Shown: positions 22,071 through 34,084, counted from the first letter of the stretch. The stretch is DNA of 64,000 nt from an uncultured Gammaproteobacteria bacterium (GCA_963748215.1 CAVVHS010000009.1:1-64000), one strand, 5' to 3'. Made by a program: numbers and translations. Notes: generated by a model from the sequence alone, not told the origin.

Positions 22071-22682
22071 ATGTCGCTGCCCTGGTTGTCCGTGTATTCC
22101 CTGGTGCTGATCTGGTCGGCCATCGAGCCGGCGGATTACTTCACCTGGTTCCTCGAGGTCGTCCCCGCACTCATCGGCCTGGTCGTCCTGCTGCTGACGC
22201 GGCGCCGCTTCCCGCTTACCGGGCTGGCCTATGCGCTGGTGCTGGTGCACTGCATCATCCTGATGGTGGGTGGTCACTATACCTACGCGAAGGTGCCGCT
22301 GTTCGACTGGCTCGATACTGCGTTCGAACTCGGGCGCAATAACTACGACAAGGTCGGACATTTCGTGCAGGGCTTCGTGCCGGCGCTGCTGGCGCGCGAG
22401 ATCCTGCTGCGCAAGGCCGTGGTCAATGGCCGCGTGTGGCTGAACTTTTTCGTGCTGTGTTTTTGCCTGGCCTTCAGTGCATTCTACGAACTGGTCGAGT
22501 GGTGGGTCGCGCTGCTGTCGGACGAGGCAGCCGAGGCGTTTCTCGGTACGCAGGGCTATGTCTGGGACACGCAGTCCGACATGGGCTGGGCGCTGCTGGG
22601 CGCAGTGCTGTCGCTGCTGGTATTGAGCCGGTATCATGACCGCCAGTTGCAGGACTTCATCAGGGGAGATGCGCGTGGCTAA
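22071..22682 (+). CDS. DUF2238 (YjdF-like) membrane protein
   Basis: GGHYTYAKVP, RNNYDKVGH, FLGTQGYVWDTQSDM. Confidence 0.88.
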   Translation: MSLPWLSVYSLVLIWSAIEPADYFTWFLEVVPALIGLVVLLLTRRRFPLTGLAYALVLVHCIILMVGGHYTYAKVPLFDWLDTAFELGRNNYDKVGHFVQGFVPALLAREILLRKAVVNGRVWLNFFVLCFCLAFSAFYELVEWWVALLSDEAAEAFLGTQGYVWDTQSDMGWALLGAVLSLLVLSRYHDRQLQDFIRGDARG

Positions 22683-22974
22683 TCTGCCGTTTCCGTGGCT
22701 GGCGCTTGGTCTCGGCTTGCTGGTCGCATTCGGACTGACCGGATCGGGCGCACTGGGACCGGTCGAGGCCTACCGGCTGCCGGTGCTGACAATGCTGATC
22801 GTGAACGAATTCGGTTTTTTCGTCACCGCCATCGGCGCCGGCGTCGGCATCAACACGCTGCTGGCGCGGGGCATGCAGCGCGGCCTGCTGCTGTCCGTGC
22901 TTGGCTGTGCGTTGCTGGCGGCCGTCTTTCTCTATCTCGGTATCAGGCTCTGGCCGGGCGGGTTTTCGCTTTAG
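22675..22974 (+). CDS. small membrane protein
   Basis: three hydrophobic segments; overlaps the upstream stop. Confidence 0.7.
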   Translation: MANLPFPWLALGLGLLVAFGLTGSGALGPVEAYRLPVLTMLIVNEFGFFVTAIGAGVGINTLLARGMQRGLLLSVLGCALLAAVFLYLGIRLWPGGFSL

Positions 22975-23159
22975 GCATGGCGCTATTCAGTCATTGCGGG
23001 CACGCAATCCTGTGAATTCGCGATAAATCGGGTGGGTGTTGCTGCACTGGCCCGGGCCATGTGCGAGAACGACACCTGTGCTTCCCTGTGCACCGCGTTC
23101 GCAATGATGTAGTCGTAAGAGTTACCTAAAATGCAATTTCCTGTCGCCCGCCTGCCGGT

Positions 23160-23819
23160 ATGATTCCAGTGCAACCCGAACTGCCCGTGCTGTATTCGTT
23201 TCGACGCTGTCCCTACGCGATGCGTGCGCGCATGGCGATCAGCTACAGCGGCCTGTCCGTCGCCCTGCGCGAGGTGGTGTTGCGTGAGATGCCGGCGGCA
23301 CTGCTGCAGTGCTCGCCGAAGGGCACGGTGCCGGTGCTGGTGCTGCCGGGCAGGCAGGTGCTGGAGGAGAGTCGCGACATCATCGACTGGGCGCTTGCAC
23401 AACACGATCCGGACCAGTGGCTGCCGGTGACGCCGGTGCAGCGGGCGGCGCTGCTGTCGCTGCTCAACGAGAACGACGGCAGCTTCAAACAGGCGCTTGA
23501 CCGCTACAAGTACGCGGAACGCCATCCCGAGCACCCGGCCGCGCACTACCGTGTACTGGGTGAGCACTTTTTGGACAGACTCGAGCGCCAGCTGGCGCGG
23601 CACGACTGGCTGTCGGGCGCGCGCATGGGCGTGGCCGATGTGGCAATCTTCCCCTTCGTCCGCCAGTTTGCGCTGGTCGATGCCGACTGGTTCCGGCAGG
23701 CGCCGTACCCGCACCTGCAGGAGTGGCTGGAGCGGCAGTTGCACTCGGCGCTGTTTGCCGGCGTAATGCAGAAATATCCGCCCTGGCGGGACGGCGACCC
23801 GGTGACGGTGTTTCCGTAA
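23160..23819 (+). CDS. glutathione S-transferase
   Basis: LYSFRRCPYAMRAR, SPKGTVPVL, DVAIFPFVRQF. Confidence 0.93.
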   Translation: MIPVQPELPVLYSFRRCPYAMRARMAISYSGLSVALREVVLREMPAALLQCSPKGTVPVLVLPGRQVLEESRDIIDWALAQHDPDQWLPVTPVQRAALLSLLNENDGSFKQALDRYKYAERHPEHPAAHYRVLGEHFLDRLERQLARHDWLSGARMGVADVAIFPFVRQFALVDADWFRQAPYPHLQEWLERQLHSALFAGVMQKYPPWRDGDPVTVFP

Positions 23820-23868
23820 CCGGCGCCCTCGGATTCTGCGCTGCTGCATGGGTAAGTGGCTCGCTCGT

Positions 23869-24010
23869 TCGCGGACCGCACCCGCTCCTGCAGGTGCATC
23901 ATTTGTATGTAGGAGCGCTTCGCAAGCGCGAGGTTGTTTCAAAAAGTTCGCGGATAGGATCCGCTCCTACGGGTGTATCTATTGGTTGTAGGAGCGCTTC
24001 GCAAGGTCGC
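23869..24010. repeat. GTAGGAGCG-type REP cluster
   Basis: GTAGGAGCGCTTCGCAAG at 23909 and 23988, with inverted partners ending CCGCTCCTAC / CCGCTCCTGC. Confidence 0.75.
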
Positions 24011-24161
24011 TTCCGACTCCCTGTCTCCCGCGGCACTCGCACATCCTTGTGCATCGCGCGATCTTTTACGGTGTTCGAAAAGATCGCGGACATGGTCCGC
24101 CTGCGTGTGTATCTATCGGCGCAGGAGCTGGCCGCTTGCCTGAAACGGGTATAATTCCAGT

Positions 24162-24548
24162 ATGGCTGCCCCGGTCCTGTTCTCCATTATCGAATCGCCA
24201 GCGCATCGCGACTACTCGCACCTGTATGCGCGCCTCGGCTTCAGGGAACAGCGCTTTGCGTCCATGCGCAAGGCGATAGGCGCGCTGAAGACACAGCGGC
24301 CGGATGTCGTGGTCGCGGAGTTCATGTATGGCTACGGTAATAACTACGCAGGCGTGAACGTCAGCAACCTGGATGTATTTCTCTACAGCCTGCAGAAATA
24401 TTCCTCGAATGCCCGTATCATCGTGCTGGTGGAGCGGGGCGAGCTGCAGTACGTGGAGAAGCTGGCGGCGCTGTTTCCGCTGCATGCCGTGCTGCCGCTG
24501 CCGGTCATCGAGCGTGACCTCGCGCAGGCGCTGAACAACCAGGAGTGA
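24162..24548 (+). CDS. hypothetical protein, receiver-like fold possible
   Basis: 128 aa, host-like codons, directly upstream of hemH; RPDVVVAEF pattern. Confidence 0.75.
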   Translation: MAAPVLFSIIESPAHRDYSHLYARLGFREQRFASMRKAIGALKTQRPDVVVAEFMYGYGNNYAGVNVSNLDVFLYSLQKYSSNARIIVLVERGELQYVEKLAALFPLHAVLPLPVIERDLAQALNNQE

Positions 24549-24555
24549 CTTTGAC

Positions 24556-26267
<1,712 letters not shown>

Positions 26268-26319
26268 GCGGCGGGTGATGTGCGGTCAAGCCAGCCACTG
26301 CCCGGGACGTTAAGCGGAT

Positions 26320-27756
26320 ATGGGTCAGGAAATCGAGGTCATCAGTTTCGACGCCGGGGATTTCGCGGCGTTCGAACAGCGCCTGCAGGCGGAGACGGCA
26401 TTGCTTGCCGAGTGGTTCCGCGACGGCAGCTTTTCCGCGCGTGACTGTATGGGCGGTTTCGAACTCGAGGCGTGGCTGGTCGACGCGGCCGCGCGCCCTG
26501 CACCGATCAACGAGGTCTTTCTCAAGCGGCTCGGCAATCCCATGGTGGTGCCCGAGCTGGCGCGCTTCAACGTCGAGCTCAACGACCACCCGCAACACCT
26601 GTCGGGTTCCGCGTTCAGTCGCTTCGAGGCCAGTCTCGGTGCGACCTGGCGGCAGTGTGCGCGTGTCGCGCAGGAACTGGATGCCGGGCTGGTAATGATC
26701 GGCATCCTGCCGACGGTGCAGGAAAACGAGCTGTGCCAGGAAAACATGTCGGACCTGAAGCGTTACCGCGCCCTCAACGAGCAGGTGCTGCGCCTGCGCG
26801 AGGGTGAACCGCTGCGGCTCGACATCAACGGTCACGAACACCTCAGGACCGAGCACCACAGTGTCATGATGGAAGCGGCCACCACCTCGTTCCAGCTGCA
26901 CCTGAAAGTGCGTCCCGAGCGCGCGGCGCGCGCCTACAATGCCGCCATCATCGCCTCGGCGCCGCTGGTGGCGGTGGCGGCGAATTCACCTTTCCTGTTC
27001 GGTCGCGAGTTGTGGGAGGAGACCCGCGTGCCGCTGTTCGAACAGTCAGTGGCGGTCGGCGGGCTGGCCGGTGCCAGCCAGGGTCCGTTGCGGCGCGTGA
27101 CTTTCGGCTCGGGCTATGTGCGCGAGTCGCTCATGGAATGCTTTACCGAGAACGCGCAGCATTACCCGGTCATGCTGCCGATGCATTACCGGGACGGGCT
27201 GGAGCAGATGGCGCACGTGCGCCTGCACAACGGCACCATCTGGCGCTGGAACCGGCCGCTGATCGGTTTCGATTACGACGGTATGCCGCACCTGCGTATC
27301 GAGCACCGGGTAATCCCGGCCGGACCGACCATCGTCGACATGATCGCCAATGCCGCGTTCTACAACGGCCTGATGCAGACCCTGATGACGCAGGACACCC
27401 CGCCCGAGCGGCTGCTGCCGTTCGCGAGTGCGCGCGACAATTTCTATGCCGCCGCCCGGCGTGGCCTGGACGCGCAGGTGCACTGGTTCGACGACGCGCG
27501 CGGCACGCTGCATGCGCTGGTCAGCGAACAGCTGCTGCCCATGGCCCGCCAGGGGCTGCAGGAACTGGAGATCGACCGTGCCGACATCGAGCGTTACCTG
27601 GGCATCATCGAGGCGCGGGTCGCGAGCGGCCGGACCGGCGCCGCCTGGCAGCGCGCCTGCGCCGGGCGGCTCGGACGTGACCTGCAGGCCATGACGCAGG
27701 CCTATCGCATGCACCAGGACGGCGGCCGGCCGGTGCACGAATGGCCTGATGACTAG
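26320..27756 (+). CDS. glutamate-cysteine ligase family 2 (GCS2)-like carboxylate-amine ligase
   Basis: GFELE, ELARFNVE, ANSPFLFG, HNGTIWRWNRP, RIEHRV. Confidence 0.8.
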   Translation: MGQEIEVISFDAGDFAAFEQRLQAETALLAEWFRDGSFSARDCMGGFELEAWLVDAAARPAPINEVFLKRLGNPMVVPELARFNVELNDHPQHLSGSAFSRFEASLGATWRQCARVAQELDAGLVMIGILPTVQENELCQENMSDLKRYRALNEQVLRLREGEPLRLDINGHEHLRTEHHSVMMEAATTSFQLHLKVRPERAARAYNAAIIASAPLVAVAANSPFLFGRELWEETRVPLFEQSVAVGGLAGASQGPLRRVTFGSGYVRESLMECFTENAQHYPVMLPMHYRDGLEQMAHVRLHNGTIWRWNRPLIGFDYDGMPHLRIEHRVIPAGPTIVDMIANAAFYNGLMQTLMTQDTPPERLLPFASARDNFYAAARRGLDAQVHWFDDARGTLHALVSEQLLPMARQGLQELEIDRADIERYLGIIEARVASGRTGAAWQRACAGRLGRDLQAMTQAYRMHQDGGRPVHEWPDD

Positions 27757-27817
27757 CGGGTTGCAGCTGGCGGTGAGAGCTGCTGCAATTAGCGCTTCTC
27801 CGGAACGGACAAGTGAC

Positions 27818-28828
27818 ATGCTGAACGAAATCGAGGACTTGCCCGCGGGGCTGCTGGATGTGAAGGTCGAGGGCCTGCAGGACCTGCTGGGCGGCCCGAC
27901 CCTGCTGCACCTGCCGGGACGGCATCCGAAGCCGCTGTTCGTCACGGTCCTGGCGCACGGCAACGAGAGCACCGGTTTCTACGCGGTGCAGTCGCTGCTG
28001 CAGAAATACCGCGACGGTGGCCTGCCGCGCTCGCTCTCGGTGTTCATCGGCAACGTCTCGGCCGCCAGCCAGGGCCTGCGCCGCCTTGACGGGCAGCCCG
28101 ACTACAACCGGGTATGGCCCGGCACGCTCATGCCGCAGTCGCCGGAGGCAGCCATGATGCAGCAGCTGGTGGACGGCATGCGTGCCCGCCAGGCCTTCGC
28201 CAGCATCGACGTGCACAACAATACCGGCATCAATCCGCATTACGGTTGCATCAACCGGGTCGACAACCGCTTCCTGCAACTGGCGTCGCTGTTCAGCCGC
28301 ACGGTGGTGTATTTCATTCGTCCGCTCGGCGTGCAGTCAATGGCGATGTCGTCCGTGTGTCCGGCCGTGACCATCGAGTGCGGCAAACCCACGCACGAGT
28401 ACGGCGCCGAGCACGCGCGCGATTACCTCGATGCCTGCCTGCACCTGAGCGAGATCCCGGAACACCCGGTGGCGTCTCACGACGTCGACCTGTTCCATAC
28501 CGTGGCCATCGTCAAGGTGCCGGACGAGGTGAGTTTCGGTTTTGCTGATGAACCGGTGGACCTGCAGCTGGTAAACGATATCGATCACCTGAATTTCCGC
28601 GAGCTGCCGGCCGGCACACAGCTGGGCTGGCTGCGCGGGGGCGCCGATGTATCGCTTGATGTGCGCGATGACGATGACCAGCCGGTCTTCGAGCGCTATT
28701 TCACCTTCAGTGAGGGCGTGCTGCGCACCGTGCGTCCCTTCATGCCGTCGATGTTCACCCTCGACGAACGCGTCATCCGCCAGGATTGCCTGGGTTACCT
28801 GATGGAGCGGTTGTTGCCCGAGCAGTAG
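27818..28828 (+). CDS. M14 / succinylglutamate desuccinylase-aspartoacylase family hydrolase
   Basis: HGNE, DYNRVW, IDVHNN, TIECG. Confidence 0.85.
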   Translation: MLNEIEDLPAGLLDVKVEGLQDLLGGPTLLHLPGRHPKPLFVTVLAHGNESTGFYAVQSLLQKYRDGGLPRSLSVFIGNVSAASQGLRRLDGQPDYNRVWPGTLMPQSPEAAMMQQLVDGMRARQAFASIDVHNNTGINPHYGCINRVDNRFLQLASLFSRTVVYFIRPLGVQSMAMSSVCPAVTIECGKPTHEYGAEHARDYLDACLHLSEIPEHPVASHDVDLFHTVAIVKVPDEVSFGFADEPVDLQLVNDIDHLNFRELPAGTQLGWLRGGADVSLDVRDDDDQPVFERYFTFSEGVLRTVRPFMPSMFTLDERVIRQDCLGYLMERLLPEQ

Positions 28829-28843
28829 CGCAACGGTACGCGC

Positions 28844-29091
28844 CTAGCCCGCATTTCTCACCGGGATCCCGGAAGCTGGCGCAGGGCTCGTGTGACCGGA
28901 CGCCGCTCTGGAATGAAAGGGGTAGCCGTAGCTACCACTTGAATGAAGAGCAAGTTCGGGTGCGCGAGAACCAGCCAGGGCCGGGATAGGCACGTTCCGA
29001 TGACACACTGTTTGTTACTGGATGGGCATCACTTTCATGATTTCAATTCTGCTAGTCCGTCAACAGCCGCCCGGTGAGAAATGCGGGCTAG
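28844..29091. mobile_element. MITE copy 3 (short, 248 bp)
   Basis: same TIRs; right CTAG contains the lipA stop codon. Confidence 0.85.
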
Positions 29092-30030
29092 TCGTGCAGC
29101 GCCTGTTTCGCCTGCTGGTCGGCATGGTAGGAGGAACGTACCATCGGGCCGCTGGCGACGTGGGTGAAACCCAGCTGGCGGCCCAGCTCGCCGAGGCGGT
29201 CGAATTCATCCGGGTGTACGAAGCGCGCGACCGGCAGGTGATGCACGCTGGGCTGCAGGTACTGGCCCAGCGTCAGCATGTCGCAATCGTGCGCACGCAG
29301 GTCGCGCATGACCTGTTCCACTTCGTGGATTTCCTCGCCGACACCCAGCATCAGCCCGGACTTGGTCGGCACGCCCGGGTGCAGCGCCTTGAAGCGCGCG
29401 AGCAGGTCGAGTGACCATTCGTAGTCGGAACCGGGGCGGACCTTTTTATACAGCCCGGGCACGGTCTCCAGGTTGTGGTTGAAGACGTCCGGCGGCGTGC
29501 GGTTGAGGATCTCCAGCGCACGGTCCATGCGCCCGCGAAAGTCCGGCACCAGCACCTCGATCCGTGATATCCGGGCTGTGCCTGCGGATGGCCTCGATGC
29601 AGGCGCTGAAGTGGGCCGCGCCGCCGTCGCGCAGGTCATCACGGTCCACCGAGGTGATCACCACGTAACGCAGGCCCATGGCGCGGATGGTGCGGCCGAG
29701 GTTTTCCGGTTCGTCTGCGTCCAGCGGGTCGGGCCGGCCGTGCGCGACATCGCAGAACGGGCAGCGCCGTGTGCAGATGTCGCCCATGATCATGAAGGTG
29801 GCGGTGCCGCCGGCGAAACATTCGCCGAGGTTCGGGCACGATGCCTCCTCGCACACGGTATGCAGCCGGTTTTCCCGCAATACCTGCTTGAGTCGACCCA
29901 CGGCCGGGTCGGCCGGCGAACGGGCGCGAATCCACGCCGGCTTGCGCGGCGGGCGCGTGGTGGTCTCGATCTTGATCGGGATGCGTGCGGTCTTGGCCGC
30001 GCCGCGCTGCTTCTTGTCGATGTCGGTCAT
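29088..30030 (-). CDS. lipA: lipoyl synthase (apparent +1 frameshift at ~29562)
   Basis: [26 protein letters not shown]; removing one base restores [13 protein letters not shown]. Confidence 0.93.
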
Positions 30031-30680
30031 GTCGGGTTGTCCAGCAGTGCTTCCAGGTGTGCCTGCAGCGGACCGCTGATGGAATCCACCGTGGCCGCCA
30101 CGCCGAGGTCGGCGAGCTGCGTTACCTCGAGATCGCGGTAGCCGCACGGATTGATACGGGCGAACGGCGCCAGGTCCATGTTCACGTTGAAGCTGAGCCC
30201 GTGAAAGCTGCAGCCCTTGCGTACCCGCAGTCCCAGCGCGGCGATCTTGCGGCCCTCGACGTACACGCCCGGGGCCTTCTCGAGCCGGTGTGCGTGGATG
30301 TCATGCGCCGCCAGCAGGTCGATCACCGCCTGTTCCAGCCGGTTGACCAGCAATTGTACACCGAGTCGCCGGCGCCGGAGGTCGAGCAGGGTATACACCA
30401 CCAGCTGTCCGGGCCCGTGGTAGGTGACCTGGCCGCCGCGGTCCACGCGGATGACGGGGATACCGCCGGGGTCGAGCAGGTGCTCGTCCTTGCCATTGCG
30501 GCCCAGTGTAAACACCGGGGGATGTTCGAGAAACCACAGCTCGTCCGGTGTTTCCACGGTGCGCTGCTCGGTGAATGCCTGCATTTCCTGCCAGGCCTCA
30601 CGGTAATCGAGCGGGCCGCGCTGCCGGATCTGCAGGAGCGGTTGTGTGCCGCCGATGCGGGTTGCGGGTCGTGATTGCAT
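30027..30680 (-). CDS. lipB: octanoyltransferase
   Basis: [27 protein letters not shown]. Confidence 0.95.
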   Translation of the reverse strand: MQSRPATRIGGTQPLLQIRQRGPLDYREAWQEMQAFTEQRTVETPDELWFLEHPPVFTLGRNGKDEHLLDPGGIPVIRVDRGGQVTYHGPGQLVVYTLLDLRRRRLGVQLLVNRLEQAVIDLLAAHDIHAHRLEKAPGVYVEGRKIAALGLRVRKGCSFHGLSFNVNMDLAPFARINPCGYRDLEVTQLADLGVAATVDSISGPLQAHLEALLDNPT

Positions 30681-30686
30681 GCGGGA

Positions 30687-30959
30687 TCAGAGCGCCATGA
30701 TGACGGTTTCGCAATCGACCAGGTCCTGGTAGATGGCATCCAGCTGGGCGCGGCTGGTGGCGTTGACGATCACGGTCACCGATACATACTTGCCGTGCGT
30801 GCTCGCCCGGCTGCTGACCGCACCCTCGGTCAGGTCCGGGACATGCCGGCGCACGATTTCCACCACGACCATGTCCAGGTCACAGTCGTTTTTCCCCATT
30901 GCCTTGATGGGAAATTCGCAGGGAAACTGCAGGGGGCTTTCGTTTTCGGGGTCAGTCAT
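30687..30959 (-). CDS. ybeD: DUF493 / YbeD family protein
   Basis: FPCEFPIKAMG, GKYVSVT; upstream of lipB. Confidence 0.88.
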   Translation of the reverse strand: MTDPENESPLQFPCEFPIKAMGKNDCDLDMVVVEIVRRHVPDLTEGAVSSRASTHGKYVSVTVIVNATSRAQLDAIYQDLVDCETVIMAL

Positions 30960-31097
30960 TCCGGGTGCCTTCGCTTGCATTGCAGTCGTCCAGTGTCATG
31001 CCGGATCGTCCGCGGGTCGCGTCCGCTGCTGCAGTCGTCTGCCGTTGCTCGCGGTTTTCCGGTGCAGTGTAGCAGGCAACGCGGTGCGGGGTTCTGT

Positions 31098-31613
31098 TCA
31101 TGGCGTAGCCGGCTCCACCACGAGTTTCTTGTTGCGTTTCGGCGGCGGATGCGGCCTGGGCGGTGGAAAACGCGGATGGTCGCGGTGGTAAGGATAGCGA
31201 CGATAACCGTAGTTGGGATAATAGGGATACAGCGGGTAATAGCGGATATCGCGAGCATCGGCCGCCGCTTCGGCCTGTTCGCGGGCTGCCGCCGCGGCAT
31301 CGGCGTCCGCCCGCCGCGCCTCGGCTTCGGCCCTGAGTATTTCCGCGCGCAGGCGTTCCTGTTCCAGCCGGCGTGCCTCCATGCGGGCCGCCTGGTTGGC
31401 GACGGAATAGTAGTCGTCTGCAATGGATGGGCCGGCGACCGGTGCCGGCTCGACCTCCAGCACGCTGCTCTCGATCTGCGCATCGTCCGGCGGGGTCTCA
31501 CTGAAATGGGTGACGCCCTGGGCATCGGTCCAGGAATAGACCGGCGCAGCCCGGACCGGTGCAATCAGCAACAGCAGCAGAAAACCGCCGGTAAAGAAAT
31601 TTGAAATCATCAA
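31098..31613 (-). CDS. DUF4124-domain secreted protein
   Basis: VYSWTDAQGVTHFSETPP, coiled-coil, Pro/Tyr-rich tail. Confidence 0.8.
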   Translation of the reverse strand: MMISNFFTGGFLLLLLIAPVRAAPVYSWTDAQGVTHFSETPPDDAQIESSVLEVEPAPVAGPSIADDYYSVANQAARMEARRLEQERLRAEILRAEAEARRADADAAAAAREQAEAAADARDIRYYPLYPYYPNYGYRRYPYHRDHPRFPPPRPHPPPKRNKKLVVEPATP

Positions 31614-31826
31614 CCTGTTACCTCACTGATATGACCGGTGCTGCAGTGCCGGAGTTCAGGATAGCGTACCGCGGGTCGTAAGCCGAGCCGGTGAGGATAG
31701 CGCGCCGCCGGTCCCGGCCTGGTCCGCGGCGCAGCATAAAAAGACCTTGAAACAGTCATCTAGCGTTCTTTGCCCGGGTGCTGGCGTGCCGGTTGCCGCC
31801 ACGGGTGGATGCCGGGCCGTCCTGTC

Positions 31827-31854
31827 TAAAGACGGTTTCCGTGCTGGCCGATAG
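31827..31854 (+). promoter_or_regulatory. sigma28-like promoter candidate
   Basis: TAAA-N16-GCCGATAG, 53 bp upstream of the ATG at 31908. Confidence 0.45.
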
Positions 31855-31907
31855 TCCTACAGAGTCCAGCCGGCGGGTCCGCTGCCGGCATCCCAAGGGG
31901 GGAAATC

Positions 31908-32084
31908 ATGAGCGCTGTTACTCAGGATGTGGTACCGAAACAGAATCGGGGCAGAAAGAAACGCCGCAAGGGGATGGCCGCCCTGAAGGCGCTGCGCAAG
32001 GCGCTGGCCAGGCGCAAACTCGAAATCATGAAGGAAGACGCGGCGCTTAAAGAGCATCTCTACGACGTGTTCGCCGACGAGTAG
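31908..32084 (+). CDS. 58-aa small basic protein (not in ORF track)
   Basis: AAGGGGGGA RBS, MSAVTQDVVPKQNRGRKKRRKG...ARRKLEIMKEDAALKEHLYDVFADE*. Confidence 0.65.
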   Translation: MSAVTQDVVPKQNRGRKKRRKGMAALKALRKALARRKLEIMKEDAALKEHLYDVFADE

Positions 32085-32193
32085 GCGGCAGCGGCGCTCA
32101 GCATCAATCCGGCTGGCATCGCGCCGGCCGGCCCTTTGAATACATCATACACCGGCAGGTTCGCCTGCGACCCGGCCGGGTTAGAATCGGCAC

Positions 32194-32580
32194 ATGGCCG
32201 CCGGAAAACTCACCCTTGCCTGTGATGGCATGATCGGGACAATTCTCTGCACCGCGATACGCGAGTATGCGCATGCCGCCTATCCGCCTGGCGGTTCCGA
32301 CTGCGCACAGGTCGCGCGCTATACCTTGCTGGAACTGGCGAATCAGATCGAGGCGGGTAGCATCGGTGCGGGCGGGGTTGTCGAGATCAGCCGGCGCCCG
32401 CGCGCCATGATCCGGGCGGCCGTGCAATACCATTTCGATCGCGCCGACGCGGAACACGATGCCGTATCCATGCACCAGCGCGTCCTGTTCGATGAATTAT
32501 TGCGCGAAATCCCGGTGAACCGGGCGCGGCTGGAAGCGGCACAGGCCGCCGATCGTGCGTCGCGGCCGGTGGCTACTTGA
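32194..32580 (+). CDS. hypothetical protein
   Basis: 128-aa ORF, host-like codon usage. Confidence 0.65.
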   Translation: MAAGKLTLACDGMIGTILCTAIREYAHAAYPPGGSDCAQVARYTLLELANQIEAGSIGAGGVVEISRRPRAMIRAAVQYHFDRADAEHDAVSMHQRVLFDELLREIPVNRARLEAAQAADRASRPVAT

Positions 32581-32854
32581 TCCACTCCTGCAGTGCGGCA
32601 ATGATCTTCTCGGCCTGGTCCTTGCTGGAGATGTTGAATTTCGATTTCTGCTGGTATTCGCCGCCGCGTTTCTGGTAGCGGCGAATCGAGTATTTGTCGG
32701 GGCCGTAGGTCTGCTTCGCGCGGTCCCAGTCCTGGTAGCGGAAGATCACCGTGGACCACGCGCCCTTGGTCAGGATCTGCTTGTCCAGCTCCTTGATGGT
32801 TTCGATGCCGTCTTCTTCGTACTTGATGGTCAATTCATCTACTGTGGATGCCAT
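32573..32854 (-). CDS. conserved-looking hypothetical protein
   Basis: 93 aa, GGAG RBS, strong GC3 bias. Confidence 0.8.
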   Translation of the reverse strand: MASTVDELTIKYEEDGIETIKELDKQILTKGAWSTVIFRYQDWDRAKQTYGPDKYSIRRYQKRGGEYQQKSKFNISSKDQAEKIIAALQEWIK

Positions 32855-33069
32855 GGTCGCTCCGCTGTGCTGTGTTGCCCGAATGTCCGTTGCCGGTGCA
32901 GTGGCCGGTCATCATACGGATTTCTGTCCGGACCGAAAGGCCTGTTAACAAGCGGCTGATTTTTCAGGGTATCATGCAAAGGCAGGCGCCTGTTGCTGCG
33001 TGGATCCGCCCACCGGGTGGTGCCATGGTCGACACGCGCTATGCTTGGCCTGTCAGGTGATTGATCGTT

Positions 33070-34002
33070 ATGTCCAGTCCTCAGGAACAGTTGCACGGTG
33101 CACGGCGCAATGACAAGCCGTTGCCACCGGCCCTGCGTGCGATGCGGTTTCTGTTCGGGCCGATGGGTGCACTGCTGCCCCGGCTGATGGGGCGCTGGGC
33201 CTACACGCTCTGGTTCAGTACCCGCCGTTTTCCGGAATCGGCCGCCGGCAGGCAGGTCACCCTCAATGCCATGCGTGAGACGCTACCCGTCGGAGACATA
33301 CCGGTGGCAGTGTATCGCTGGGGCGCGGGGCCGGTGGTGCTGTTCATCCACGGCTGGTCGGGGCGCGGCAGCCAGGTTGCCGCGTTTGTCGAGCCCTTGC
33401 TGAATGCCGGTTTCCAGGTCATTACCCTGGACGCACCGGGTCACGGTGATACGCCCGGCAAGCAAACCAATATCCTGGAATGTGCCGGCGTACTGCTCGC
33501 GCTGCAACAGCGCTATGGCCCGCTGCATGCGGCTATCACACATTCGTTTGGTGGCATGGTGCTCGCCTATGCCATGAATCACGGCCTGTCGGTGCGGCGG
33601 GTGGTCTGCATCAGCGCCCCCGCGGATGTCGAGTACCTGGTCGAGAGTTTCGCCAGTACGCTGAATATGCACCCGGCCGTGGTCCGGGACCTGCGGCGGC
33701 GGCTCGAGGCGCGTTTCCAGGATGATTTCTGGGAGCGTATTGCCACGGAGAGCAATGCCCGCCGGCTCTCGGCGCCCGCCCTGATCGTACATGACGAACT
33801 CGATACCAGCGTGCCCTGGCAGCAGGGTGAGCGCATCGCCGTGGCCTGGCCGGGTGCGCAGTTCCTGAAAACCCGCGGGCTGGGGCATGGACGTATACTG
33901 CGTGACCGGGAGACGGTCGGGGCGGTAGTGGATTTTATTGCAGACCGGGCCATTCCTGCCCCTCAAGCAGCCCCTGCTGCCGGGGGCAGCAATAGATCGT
34001 AG
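33070..34002 (+). CDS. alpha/beta hydrolase
   Basis: HGWSG, DAPGHG, HSFGG, GLGHGRIL. Confidence 0.9.
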   Translation: MSSPQEQLHGARRNDKPLPPALRAMRFLFGPMGALLPRLMGRWAYTLWFSTRRFPESAAGRQVTLNAMRETLPVGDIPVAVYRWGAGPVVLFIHGWSGRGSQVAAFVEPLLNAGFQVITLDAPGHGDTPGKQTNILECAGVLLALQQRYGPLHAAITHSFGGMVLAYAMNHGLSVRRVVCISAPADVEYLVESFASTLNMHPAVVRDLRRRLEARFQDDFWERIATESNARRLSAPALIVHDELDTSVPWQQGERIAVAWPGAQFLKTRGLGHGRILRDRETVGAVVDFIADRAIPAPQAAPAAGGSNRS

Positions 34003-34019
34003 GGTGCGTTTCACGCACC
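33999..34019 (+). repeat. solo GTAG REP; supplies the hydrolase TAG stop
   Basis: GTAGGGTGCGTTTCACGCACC, same family as the arrays at 58.8-64 kb. Confidence 0.85.
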
Positions 34020-34084
34020 GGGAAGAGGTAGGCAGCGCGAGCTGCCGCAATGTGTTTGTCTGTTTCGCCTGGATGGTATTTGAT

